From positions 99,512,001 through 99,576,000 of the forward strand of contig NC_087436.1 of the NCBI RefSeq assembly GCF_036321535.1: a stretch of 64,000 bases of DNA. Reading direction: 5' to 3'. Below are positions 11,946 through 24,402 of the stretch, in pieces; the first letter of the stretch is position 1; the number at the start of each line of letters is the position of its first letter. The DNA comes from Camelus dromedarius (taxonomy: Eukaryota). The notes beneath the pieces were generated by a model. It was not told the DNA's origin. It saw nothing but the letters and a program-made list of their open reading frames with translations, and did no database searches. The position numbers and the translations under genes are program-made.

Positions 11946-12859
11946 CAGAGAATCCAGAAAGATCTGCTGGTTTAAGCAGTTGTGTGGCTGCTTAACATTT
12001 TCACTTTTTTTGGCTGGCATCTACTTCTTTGTATTGAATTTAAACAGCATTTATGTAATTGTAAGTGCAGCTCTACAATGTTAAAAGTGAAACAAAATAT
12101 GTGAATCACTAACCAAAGTTTATTAGAAAAAAATATAAAATCTATTTGAATGCTTGAAGTTTTTTCTTTTATTTCATACAAATGTTCCTCTGCGCCTGCA
12201 AAAAGAGTTTACTTAGCATCTCTCAAAGACCACTGAAAAAAATAAAATATATGCAAAAGGATGATGGTTCTACCAAAATTGTAAGGGAGTTTCTGAAGTA
12301 GAAATTCAGGGATGTTTAGAATGATAGTCACACAGTAAGTTAAGGATATAGGTTGCTAAGGCAATTAATTTGAAGGTTAGTAAATGTATAAAATAGTATC
12401 CCTGTTAATTAATCAGTTGCTACATTTTTTTATTTATAATCTTTAACTAACTTGCTCATGTAATTGCAGATTACATGAGGCCAGATCTGTTAATAGTCTT
12501 CTGAGATATGTAGACACATCAGATGACCACATGCAGGACTTCTAACTAGGAGTATTAAGCAAGGAGACACTGCATTGTTTCTAGCACATTTTGGCTTAAG
12601 CTACTTGCCTACATATTACGGAATTTATGTGCACAGATGTCCGTTTTTCCTTACTCACAACGATGACCATTCTGACCATGCAAAGGGAAACACTGAGCTA
12701 GTTACCTTCATGCTGACAATTTCTAATACAGAATTAGGAAATATGATTGTAGTATAATTATGATATACACTGACATTTCATTTTACTGGCATTTATTTCA
12801 TTCAGGCCCAGATTTAGAATAGAATGTGATTGCCATGACATACATTTTATTAGTAATAA

Positions 12860-13045
12860 CCATGAAAACTTCCACAGTGCTTAATGAACTATAAAATGCT
12901 CTACCTCACTTGATCTTCAAGTAAATGTGTGAGCTGAGTAAATATTATATGCCTTTTACTCTTGAGAATTGAAGTCAATTGACTTGCCAAAGATGACTGA
13001 GGTGACAAGTGGAAAAGCAGGAAACTTAGCCTAGTGGTTCCAGAG
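12860..13045 (-). mobile_element. MIR SINE remnant
   Basis: ctcacttgatcttc...gacttgccaaagatgac...aagtggaaaagcagga. Confidence 0.6.
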
Positions 13046-13489
13046 TTGTCTATTTCAATGAAATATATTTAAAATCTCAGAATAACTGTCATTTCAGTGT
13101 AACAGTTTCCACTTTAGAGCAGTAAAGGGCAAATAAATAATCAAAAAACTATCATCTATTCTGTTTCTTAAAAATAAGAAATATTCTCATCAACAAAAAG
13201 AAGTTGAACTTACTCTCAGAACAGAAAGCAGTGCTTCACGTGGACTACATTTGACTGGATGAAGAACAGTATTAGTTAAGCATGCCTTTGGAAGCATGTA
13301 AAGAAATCTAATACGGATGTTAATTAGAAATTTGTTTTACTCATAAACATGATATCTAGAGGGTCTAGCTGAGATAAGGTTCAGTTGATCGAACAACTCT
13401 TTGAAAAACCTTAGCTTCCTTCTCTACTAAAATTTAGTTCTCATTATTTACAGTTTGATCTACTGCCAGGCACTGACTCCAAATTCTAA

Positions 13490-13740
13490 ATATGAATAGA
13501 AGAGAAATACGTAGGGCACATTCTGTTCAGGTTTCTCAGAAGCCCCTGTCCCAGTCCCTTCACTTTTGCTGGTGTCTCATTCACAGGAACTGGGTCACAT
13601 CATCAGTTCTATTTGCAAATGATTTAGGGAAGGTAAAAGTTAATAGGACACTCTTCTGACTAAAACAAAATGAATTTTTTTCCTTTAGCAAGGAGGAAGG
13701 GGATACGGGTATGGGGTGCATAATTAGAAATGTCTGCCAT
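13490..13740 (-). mobile_element. Old MaLR LTR fragment (MLT1J/K/L-like)
   Basis: gtctcattcacaggaactgggtcacat...ttgcaaatgatttagggaag...tgtctgcca. Confidence 0.5.
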
Positions 13741-14454
13741 TAAAACCCATAATGTCTTTGTTCTTCTCATACCACTACATACGAGTGAGAACATTCTGTA
13801 TATTGGGGGAGCACGGTAGCATTTCCTGTTTGCTAACCATAGATATTCTGCTCTTTCCTCAGCTATATTTGTCTTCTGAATATAGTATTTAGAACTGATA
13901 CAGTGTTTTCTGAAAATGTGTCAGACTTATGTGGCAGAGGTAACTACTTTTTGTTTGTTTATTTGGCAGATAATATACAAAGTTTGAGTGTGCTTGTGAT
14001 AGATTGAGGTGTTTTCCTGAGAGGTATGAAATACTCCCCTTCACATACAATTTATCAGCTTTCTCCTGAAGTTAAGTTCTAAAATATACCTAAAAGTAAA
14101 GGAATGGAAAAAAATCACCTTTGTGTAAGTCTTCCGTGTCATCCATGATAACTGTGTCCTGTTCTCAGTAACAAAGAACCCAGTTCAAAGAGGAAGTGTT
14201 TTATATATGTCATGAACCTTACATAATACATGTAGACTAGACATCACCATAGGTATTGATTATTGGTGGAGGAGAAAGACGTCTTTTGTTTTTGTTTCCC
14301 TGCTGCGTCCCCATACAAGGGTAAAAAGGATCATGTTCATCAGCAGCACTCTTATTGTAGTATTTTCTCATCCCTATACTTTATAAAATAATATAAAAAT
14401 AATTTGAAGTTTCGTTTACAAACCTAATCTATGTTAATCAAAGTGCTGATAGAC

Positions 14455-14690
14455 AAGAGGAGTATAATGGTTAAGAACTTGAACTTAGGTGCACATGGTC
14501 CAGGATAGCACAGTCAACTCCACCTTATGCGAACTCAAACTTCCAACAAGTTATCTAATGTTTCAGAGTCCCCTTTCTTCATTGGCAAAGTGGAAAAAAA
14601 TATTAAACATTCTTCACTAGGTTTTGGGATAATTAAATAAGGCCATCCAATAAAGCATTTAGCTATGTGATTAATGTATTAGTATTAATC
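14455..14690 (+). mobile_element. MIR SINE remnant
   Basis: gtataatggttaagaac...caagttatctaatgtttcagagtc...ttcattggcaaagtgg...taaagcatttag. Confidence 0.7.
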
Positions 14691-15476
14691 ATCTCATTTT
14701 TTTTCCTAAGAAAATTCCAGTAAGTTTCAGATCATATCATTGGGAAGAAGGAAGGAAGGAAAAAGTAAAGAGGAAAGGAAACACAGAAAAGAAGTATTTG
14801 AAATGCTTTGTAAGATGAATTTTTGGCTTAACCAGTGTTATCCTGTCAGAAGAAATGGAATAACGTTTCCTAAAGATGGAGTATATTTTTGCCTCTCTGT
14901 TTTCTAGGAGTCCATGAAAAGAGAAAACATAGATATGTACAAGATTAATATGTGATTGGATTAAAACTAACCAGTGGTTCAGGGGATGTGTTCCAGTAAT
15001 GAGACTTGAGAAAATGTTTTCAAATAGATTCTCATCAAAAAGGACTGTCTCCATAAAGCTTCAGCCACACTGCATCGTGAATATATGACAAGTGTAGTAG
15101 TGAAAACAGACCACATAATTTAATATTTGTAACACATCTCCAGCCTCTCCAGAATGCAAATCTTCCTACCTTTTCCTTTTCAAAGAGCAGATTTGTATTT
15201 GGAAGGGTTGAATAAGAAGTGCAGTGCCCGCCAGGCCCTCTCCTGACTCCTTCATCAAGGGAATACAGAAGAAAGAGGTAGGGAAAAACAGATAACAGAG
15301 AAGTCTCACCTCCTGAGCTAGGGAGGTCAAAGGCAAGGAACTCTTGTTTACTAGCAGAGCTGAGAAAAGATGTGCAGAAAAAGCATTATAATAGAAACAT
15401 ATTTCTCCCTAGTGGTTGTAAGGTGTAAAGCTGTATCATCTCTCAGAGAAACAATATGGTGATATGCTGTGTGCAT

Positions 15477-15511
15477 GAGAGAAGGGAGAGAGAGAGAGAG
15501 AGAGAGAGAGA
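15477..15511. repeat. (GA)n microsatellite
   Basis: GA dinucleotide run. Confidence 0.9.
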
Positions 15512-16389
15512 AAGTGGTCTTTTTTGGGAATGGAAGAAGTTATTGAGTCCTGCATGTTAATTGTCAGTAGGGGAAAAGATGGATCTCATAAAGGAATAAT
15601 CAGACACCTCTGTCATATATTTTATAGAGAATCTATTTTATTCAATATGCATTGATATTTAACACAAAAATTTTTTTAATTATATTTTGAAGCAAAACAA
15701 TATTGTCTTTGATAGTCTGGAATAACTCAAGGCTAAAATTTAGAATGGATGGACTACAGATCCATCTTACAATCGTGAACAAATATCATTTCTACAATAG
15801 TGTTCTTAATAAGAATTTGCCGTTGTAATATTAGGATCATTGCATTGTGCAAGTCCAGAGGTTCCACTCACTTTTTATGACATGTGACTAGAAACTCCTG
15901 AAGCAGAGAACTGAGTGGTAAAATCTGGGGCTGTGCAGTGAAGACAACTTGAACTCTCAGAACTACTGTGGAAATAATCTTTGTTACCAATTAAGAGCAG
16001 ATTAATCTATTTTTATAATTAGATGAATAGGAAGATATCTAAGATGTACAGAGCATTTAGGAAAATATTACAGCCTGGATAAACATACACACACCCACAC
16101 AAACCCACACACACACACTTTCTAGAAGGGTAAATCAAGATCTCACTATCCTCTTTAAGACATAATCCTCCTATGAGTTTTCTTATTACACCCACAGACA
16201 GCAAGAATTTGCATTTCCCCAGTCTCTACTCCAAATATCAAAACATTCTTCATCCCTTAAGGAAGAAAATATAACTTACATCTCAACATCAGTAAATTAT
16301 TTTTTGCTGGTTCAGACGTGACATGATTTTAACTTATGTATTTGTCAGAGATTCTGTGATAAAGACTTCAATCAGCCATTGTCTTGTTG

Positions 16390-16824
16390 ACTGCTGATTA
16401 TTCCTAATACTCAGGTCTTCTTCTTCCTTGCAAAAAGGACCAGCAGTATTTACCCAGGTATTTGACTAGCCAGAATATCTTAACCATTCTTTTGAAGAGC
16501 AACCATGTGACTGTGCTCTGACCAAGAAGATTTGGTTGGACCTTATTCAAGCAGACTCCGGAAATGTGCTTGCCTGGGTGGACTTGGTACCTTACCCATT
16601 TGTGATCACCACAATTGTCTTATTCACTGATCCAAGGAGAATGAAAGGTGCATGGGGCAGAAATGGACCCCATTTTCCATAAGGAACAAAGCCTATAGAA
16701 GATCGGCTGACCCCCACTGCTGCATGGATATGTGCTGGTGAATAAATAAATGATGGTAATTTTAAGCAACTGAGTTTCTGGATAGCTTGTTTCACAGCAT
16801 TATCAAGACAATAGCTTATTGTCA
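16390..16824 (+). mobile_element. MaLR LTR (MLT1I/J/K-like)
   Basis: ccatgtgactgtgctctgaccaa...aataaat...ttttaagcaactgagtttctgg...gtttcacagca is an MLT1-type 3' end. Confidence 0.6.
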
Positions 16825-17294
16825 CTTTATTCTATCTTCTTTAAGCTCTTTTTGTTTTGGGTTGTCTGCCACTCACAGCTAAAACTATTCCTAAACAAAA
16901 CCATTGCACTCGATGTGTATTGCCTTTTTTAAGAACTAAAGACATTTTGCCTTTTCCTAACTCGGTGGCAGAGGCTTCTAAATTCCTGCAGCAGTCCTCA
17001 GCTACCTTAGCAGGCAAGAAGAGTGTGATGAAAGGGTCACCCCACACACGCTTTATTTATGAGGAACACACGATTAGTTTCCAATTGCAGCATCCTCATC
17101 TACTATTTTAATTGTTAAAGGAATTACAGAGTGCATCTTGGAACAATTTTGATTTGTTAAAGAAATCCTATTTGATTTTGTTCTTCTAATTGTTTTCTTG
17201 AAGAAAGTAGTATCATACACACTTTGCAGTTCATGAAATCATTTAAACAAAAGCCATTATGTAGTGAATGAAATGGGTATTTAGAGATATATAA

Positions 17295-17460
17295 GCTTGG
17301 GCTGCAATGCCTCTTACTGGCCAAATAACTTTAGAATTATTATGAAAATATTCAGAGTCTCAATTGCCTTGTCAAAAAACAGAAATATTATTAAATACTT
17401 TGCTGTTTTGTTGTGGGTATAATATTATCTGATAGGTTTTAATATTAAAGTGTTATAAAC
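17295..17460 (+). mobile_element. MIR SINE remnant
   Basis: cttactggccaaataactttag...cagagtctcaattgccttgtc. Confidence 0.5.
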
Positions 17461-17867
17461 AAAGGAAGATAATCTGTCTCCCATTATTAAAGTGTTCATG
17501 TAATTGGGTTTTTCCTTGTATTTCTCGAACAACATTAAAGACATGCAAACATCACAGCCAAGACTTTTTTTTTTTTAGTGTAATACAGCTTAACAGTTTA
17601 ATTCATTCCCCACCAGTCAGTCTTACAAACAAAGATATACTTAATGTTTTAAGATTAACTGTAATTTATGTAAAAAAAAAAAAGTACTCAACTAGGACAA
17701 AATATCTTATATTATTACCCTTTATCTAGGTAGGTATATGTTTTCACTGTTCCAAATCCCTGACTTCTTAATTTTTACTTCACATGTCAACTTTTTATAT
17801 TCATACCTAAACTTTAAGAGTTTTTCCAAATTGGAAGAACATTTCATTATTTCTTGCTCATTGTTTT

Positions 17868-17965
17868 TGTTTTTGTTTTGTTTTGTTTTTTTATGGAGGT
17901 ACTGGGGATTGAACCCAGGACCTCCTCGTGCATGCTCTTTACCACTGAGCTCTATTTCCACCTCC
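17868..17965 (-). mobile_element. Vic-1-type tRNA-derived SINE with TSD
   Basis: Minus strand GGGAGG..AGCTCAGTGGTA (A box)..GCATGCACGAGG..GTCCTGGGTTCAATCCCC (B box) AGTACCTCC plus an (AAAAC)n tail; TSD ctca(t/c)tgtttt at 17857-17867 and 17966-17976. Confidence 0.88.
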
Positions 17966-18689
17966 CTCACTGTTTTAATGATAACCCAAGACTTCTTAAA
18001 TTCTTCCCTTTCCTTTCCTGAAAAATTTTCTCATTCTTTGAAGGTCACTCTTCAAAATCCTTTGTAAACTGTCTCCAGCGTTCCTATTCCTTTTCCTCAA
18101 TGGTATTCCTATCTAGTCTCTTCTCTAGTCCCTCTCCTGGGTCAAAAAGCACAAAAGATTCCTCTAAAGCTAGACAGTGACCTGTTGAGAGAGAATGTTG
18201 AGAGGGAGATACTAAGCAAAATCCTGTAATTAAGTAGAATGGAAAAGATTGGCAATATTTTAATAAATGACATCCTGTAAATAGATGTCAAATTAGATAT
18301 TTGTATATCTATCTATTTTTATCTATATCTAGATATCTGGGTCTATAAGTCACAGTAGCGTTAGTCTACCATTATCTTACTTAATTTCCACATCAACTCT
18401 TTTGAGTATAAGAGACAGGAAAAATACTGTAATCCCTTCTGAATAAATAAGAAAACAAATTTGTAGAAATATTGAGTAAAATTTTCCTGACCATATGGCT
18501 AAAAATTGATGAAAGCTAATTATAAATAATGAAGAAAATGATAATAAAGTATATGTATGTATATTTATGGTTTCATCTCAATATTCAACATTTAATGTGT
18601 CCCATATTCTGACTAAATAAAGACTTTAAGATTCTAGGACTTATTCTTTGATATTCTTAAAATTAAGATATGTCTCATATGAAGCCATA

Positions 18690-19670
18690 TACAGAAGTCT
18701 TAAGGGTCTAACTCAGTGTAAGTCAAGATGAGTTGAGAGCATACATCATGAAAATTCAACCAAGATCAAGTTATTGACTATTTCCGGCACTCCAGAATGT
18801 ACCCTTATGCTCCTCCTCAGTTAACATTCCTCCCCAATGGTAACCCCTATCTTGATCTCCATCTGCATAAAATATTTTTGTCTATTAAAATAAATAACAT
18901 TCTGCAGATTCTACTCATTTGTGTCTTGACTTCATTCTCCCTACATTATGTCTGTGAGATTCACCCATTTTGTTTCATATTCTTATTTTTCTTGCTTTAT
19001 TCATTGTATGAATAAAGTAGTTTATTTCATTTTTATCCATTTGATGACATTTACATTGCTTCTGATTTGAGGCAGTTATGAATATTTTTTATACATGTTT
19101 TTGGAATATCCAAGCATCCATTTCTTTGGGGCATATATCAGGAAAAGAAACACCAGGCTTTATCATACATTCATGATTATTTTATTTAATAATGCAAATA
19201 TTTCCCAAAATTATTGTATTAATGTCCATTGTCACAAGTAATATAGAAGTTCTAGTTGCTCTACTTCTTTGCCAAAACTTGGTCATATCAGTCTTCTAAT
19301 TTTAGCCTTTCAGCTGAGTGTTTAATGCCACCTAATAATGATTTAAATTTACATTTCTTTGATGGCGAATGATGTTGAGCACACTTTATATATTTTAGAT
19401 ATAGATATCACATGAGAGCAGTGCCAGTTCAAAACTTAGTTGTATTAAAACTTGCTCGTCTACCTTTTTATTGTTTTGAATGTTATTTTTGAAATTTAGA
19501 TCCATATCCTTTGTCGGCTTTATCTGTGGCAAATTTCATTCTCACATTATGACTTTCATATTTCATTTTCTTAATGGAATTTTTTGATGAACTAAACTCA
19601 TTAATTAAAGCCCAATTGATCTATATCTTCTTATATGATTAATAATGATTAATAGTGTTTTTGAACTTAG
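18690..19670 (-). mobile_element. Ancient L1M (L1ME-like) 3' region
   Basis: tgtgagattcacccatttt...ttcattgtatgaata...catttctttgatggcgaatgatgttgagcac is reverse L1 ORF2/3'UTR. Confidence 0.8.
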
Positions 19671-21111
19671 GCTTTTAAAATGAATGAATAAATAGAATAA
19701 TTTCTATTTACCATGTCAGATGTATGTATTATATACATATATGTATGTATATATGAAGATGATCTATATACAGATACAAGAATGTATATATATATATGTA
19801 TATATTAATACATACACATACACAAAGATGAAACACTTCATTTTATTGTATAAATTGTGGGAGGGGAAGAGAGAGCAAGCTGGAGTTTGAATTTGCTTAA
19901 AAGTAATTTGTTTCCTTATGAAGCTAAAACATTTTTGTTGTGTATATATTACTATTTTTTTTAATAGCGAGAGAATTTGTTAAGCTAAGGTGAAATATCC
20001 TTTAGACAGCCTAATTTCTGTCAAATACAAAATTGGTAAGATTTAAATTTGTGTAGTTTTACTCTTATTTTATTTCTTGATTCTATAGAAACATCCTGAA
20101 AAATGATTATAATTAACCAGGAAACAAAGAACACAGCTAGAAATAATGGCTTAATAAGAAGAAAAGGGAAAGAAAAATGTATTGATAAAATGTCACTACA
20201 AATCAGCATCAAATCAAGGACTTCACAATGTTATACTCTTTTTATCTTTTGTTTCAATAGAGTGAAATGAGATTAAATCAGACATTGGACTCAGAGAAAA
20301 ACTAAGCAGCTTAATTTGAACACTTGATTCCTTAATTCCATTCAGGTTGGAAATACCATTAAGCTATGTTTCTTACAAAAGAAAGGAACATCTGAGTTAG
20401 TATACATTAATATTGCAATACATAGATAAACAAAATAAATTTTATTTTGGGTTAAAGTACAGTTATTTTTTAATGGTTAAATAGATGGAGTTAAAGATTA
20501 ATACCAAGATATGTATTTCTATCTAACTTTCATTTTAAATTTAGTAATAACTGACACTATATGGAGAGGAAAAGAAAAAATAAATTGGCATTATTGTGCT
20601 CTGGATTACAAGGTGACAGATGTTTCCATATTGTCAAGAGATTATTTGATGATTTTTTTTTTTAAGTTTTTTGGTGGTCTGTGAATCAGTTACACAAGCA
20701 GCAAGAGCAATTAGAATCTCTAGTATAATTCTGAAGTTTTCAACAGTAAAAAAGAAATCTAAAAACCCTTACACAAATACAGACTTGTATACATATAATT
20801 TGTTGATATTTATTGATACCAGCCAGGCTTTAGCTCTTATTTCTGAATAGAAGAGAAAAGGAATGATTTTAAAAATATTTTGATGCTGAACAGCAATCAT
20901 TATTGAATTTGGGACTTCCATATTCTTAACATTTTCCTTGAGATTTAAGAAGCATCGTTGAACAACTGCAGATTCATATTATAGAAAAGCTATTAATCTT
21001 TTAGTATGTAATTTTTCTCATCACACTTCATGGGAACATATATATACGAATGTCATCAAAATGATTATTCTCTGTAGTCTCACTACAGAGTAAGCATCTG
21101 AAGACTGAACT

Positions 21112-21290
21112 CGTTATGGACTGAATTGTGTACCCTCCCCCTTAAATTCGTATGTTGAAGCCTTTGCCCTCAATGTCACTGCATTTGGAGATAAGGCCAA
21201 CAAGGAAGTAATTAAGGCCAAAATGCAGTCATAAGGGTGACGCTCTAACTTATAGGACTGGTGTTCTTACAAGAAAAGGAAGAGACACCC
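21112..21290 (+). mobile_element. MaLR LTR 5' fragment (MLT1A/B-like)
   Basis: gttatggactgaattgtgtaccc...tatgttgaagcc...atttggagataaggcc...gactggtgttcttacaagaaaaggaagagacac. Confidence 0.85.
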
Positions 21291-21304
21291 CTTAAAAATG
21301 TCAT

Positions 21305-21450
21305 TTAGTTAGTTAACAGTGTCCTTATTTGTAAAATAAGGGTAGTTCTAATAATCTCTATTTTTGTTTTTAGAATAACCATAATTTGCTAAACATAAAA
21401 CACTAAAAATGTTTCCTAATAGAGCTGGTGTTCAAAAAGTATTACCTATT
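21305..21450 (+). mobile_element. MIR SINE 3' remnant
   Basis: ccttatttgtaaaataagggtag...taaaacactaaaaatgtttcct. Confidence 0.55.
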
Positions 21451-21789
21451 AATACTGTTACTGTTTTATAATTATTTTTAGCTTAACAAGCTCCTTACTA
21501 ATACTTTTTGAATTAACTAGTTAATTAAAGCTAATAATTATTTCAAAGATACTATTTCAAAAGTACTACTCACAAAGTATAAATTGAAAGCTACCTAAAA
21601 AGTTCAACTGAAAATGAGAACTATAACATACATTTAAAATATGAAAATGAAATGTACTAAATTTCATATATCATGCACAAAATATTGCTGTTCAAAAGTA
21701 AGGAAGAATTTCCTCTTGGGAAAACATTAGCATATGGATTATTTTTGAGCAAGGCTTGGTAGAATTGCAATAATTCCAATAGTTTGAAA

Positions 21790-22200
21790 TGAGTTAAAAC
21801 AATTTCCAGGTAGAGAAAATGCCTTTGGAGAAGCCTTAAGGCTTTTGCAAAGTGGGGTGTTGTATGATTTATTCTTTCACATTAGGCTGTGCAAGAGAGA
21901 ATAGAATGGTAAGATTAGAAAAGGAGACTTGGCACAGGTTGAGGTCAACCCTGAATGCCTGGCTAAAATCCTACTCTGATTTTGGCAGATAATCATGGAG
22001 AAATCTGTGCATTAGTGGTAGCAATGTATGAGCAGGCACAGCGTTGTGAGTAATGTAGGCGAGGGATGGGAGGCACTTAAGGCAGTCATTTCCCTAGTCT
22101 AAGGTGATGGATAATGAAGATCTGGCCTAGCATAAAGGAGAGGAAGTAGACTGAACTCATTTAAATTAAAGATTAACATTTTCCAGGAGGGCATATAGAA
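21790..22200 (-). mobile_element. LINE-2 fragment
   Basis: ttccaggtagagaaaatgcc...cctgaatgcctggctaa...gatctggcctag is the purine-rich reverse L2 pattern. Confidence 0.55.
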
Positions 22201-24279
22201 AAGAGAAGAGGGTGAGTTTTCTGAGAAAGCCTCTCATTTTGTTTAAAATTATGTGGACACTTTTATGAGAATTGTGTTCCCTTATCATGTTATGTGTATG
22301 AAGACTGACTTAGAAAGATTGTGGAAAACCTCATGAAGGTCTCAAAATAAATGGTACTATGGTTGAAAATTAACTCCTTGAGATTTAGTTAAAGGAAATG
22401 ACATTATTTATTAAGGTTTGATAGAAGTGAAAAGGTATTTACCACACATTTTTGAGGACAAGATGATTTCACTTGAGTTTGTAATAAATATTACTAGATC
22501 ATGTGCATATCAAAAACAATGAGGAATCTGGCAGGACCCAATAGTCACATGATATTATTGATAAAACTGAACATCTTGATTATGGTTTAATTTTGGGAGG
22601 AATTTTGAATGTTAAAGTGTATACATGCCAAGATGTGCTTATGAGAAAAAATGATAATTCACTCTCTTATTAGTATATCTAATACTCTAAAAAGGATAAT
22701 GAAATGGAATTTTCACAGTCCAAAGAAATTTTGAGCACTTTCAAAATGTTAACAGATTAATTCCGTGCTTACTGATAGAGACATACCAATTAAAACTATA
22801 AACATAATCTTCTTATACTCAAATATTTTCTACAAAATTGTAATTTTGAATTTGGTTTTCACTAAAGCAAAAAAACCAGCATAGAATAGCAGTTTGCCAG
22901 CACAAAAGAGTATTATTTCAATCACCTTAAGAATAATCCTTATTCTCAGGGGGTTGATTTCAACCAGGAAGCATTCAGCAATGGGGCAAAGAGGCTAGCC
23001 AAATTTAATAAGGCTGACAGGTTCTGACTTATTATCTGCTCCGCTCAGGGATGGCAATCTCGAATGACATAAACATGAAACCCAAGAATAAGTGCTTAGC
23101 TGAATGATGGTTTTTGTTCTAAGTGTTACATTCCAGAACAGAATTTCTTGTATGAGTTTGTGGAATAAAATCAGAAACAGCATTATTTCTTCATGCATAA
23201 ATAAATAAGTAATTAATAAGAAAAGGAAGGCATGCAAGGAAATAACAACTCAATACAGTCTAAATAGTGATTTTTTCCCGATTAACATTTTAGGGTTTTA
23301 GAAATACTATTCCTTTTACTTCCATTAAACACTGAAACCTGTCCACTCTAGGCTGAATAATAAAACTCACAGGCTATGGAAACTGACTTTGAAAAAAAAG
23401 AAGGATTTATAGTCTCGACCTTTGATCTTTGCAGAATCTGAGAAGTTTGCCCTGTACTGGAGGGAAAGAACTTTTATTAGGAAATGAAAATAATCCCTTT
23501 TATTAAAAAGAATGTGGAAGTGCTATGCTTTGCAGCTAATTCAAAGCTGCTGTAAATAAAGCCCCTAGGGTTACAGTCAGAAGGAGAAAACCACCCCTTC
23601 ACTTTGTGCCTTCTCTTCTTCAATAGTTCCACTCTTCAACAGAAATTGGTAAATGTGTCCACCGAGGCAATAACTGCACAGCTAATAAGGAATGGGGAAC
23701 GTGCATAAAATCCTCACTGAAGTGAATGGCGTTCAACTAGCTTAAACTGAGTAATTGTCTATGTATGTTTATAATCCAATTCACTCACTTTCCAGGTAGT
23801 TCAATTAAATTGTACCTCATTAATGCCTTAGAGAATAAAGAAAGCCATCTTGCAAAATTTTAAATGACCTCAATTGAATCAGCTCAAAAAATACACTGAA
23901 ATTGAACTATCTAAAAAATTGACCTTGAAAAGCCTCTGTGTGCTTTCATAATCCTTTTAGATTAAATTATCCTTTCTAATTATTTACTGGTTGTTTAATT
24001 CCCTTACATTTTCTTTAATTTACAACCTTTTAGCTCACCTTTGCCACAAAATTTTCTACAGGCAGGGGGAAAAAAAGGATACTTTCACCATAATAATGTA
24101 CTGTTGATTCTGTATCTAAAGTCATTGTAATTCTGGAAGTTGTTCTAAGGTTCAGTGGATGTTTGCCAGAATTTTAGTCTGTGAGAACTAAGTACTTGTT
24201 ATATGGAGTCAGCAACGCTCCCTGCATGGAAATAAGTTTACTCCCTTTACCTACCTTGAGCTAAACTCTGGAAGGAAAA

Positions 24280-24402
24280 GTAAAAGCTCCTACCATGCAT
24301 GCCAATAGTCTCTGCCTGCATCCCTGGTCTCCAGGTGTGAGTAGCATAGTGCATGCATACATCACTGGGGAAATACTTGTTGAATGAATTGAATGAATAA
24401 AT
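24280..24402 (+). mobile_element. LINE-2 3' terminus
   Basis: tagcatagtgcatg...aaatacttgttgaatgaattgaatgaat is the L2 tail repeat. Confidence 0.7.

Noticed and set aside
17868..17965. tRNA gene
   Set aside because: It has A/B boxes but no complete cloverleaf, and carries an A-rich tail and TSD: a SINE.
24249..24300. 13-nt minus-strand microexon (ccttccag|AGTTTAGCTCAAG|gtaggt) with nearby TGCATG
   Set aside because: Not frame-preserving, and its upstream intronic context falls in an L2 3' remnant; probably chance.
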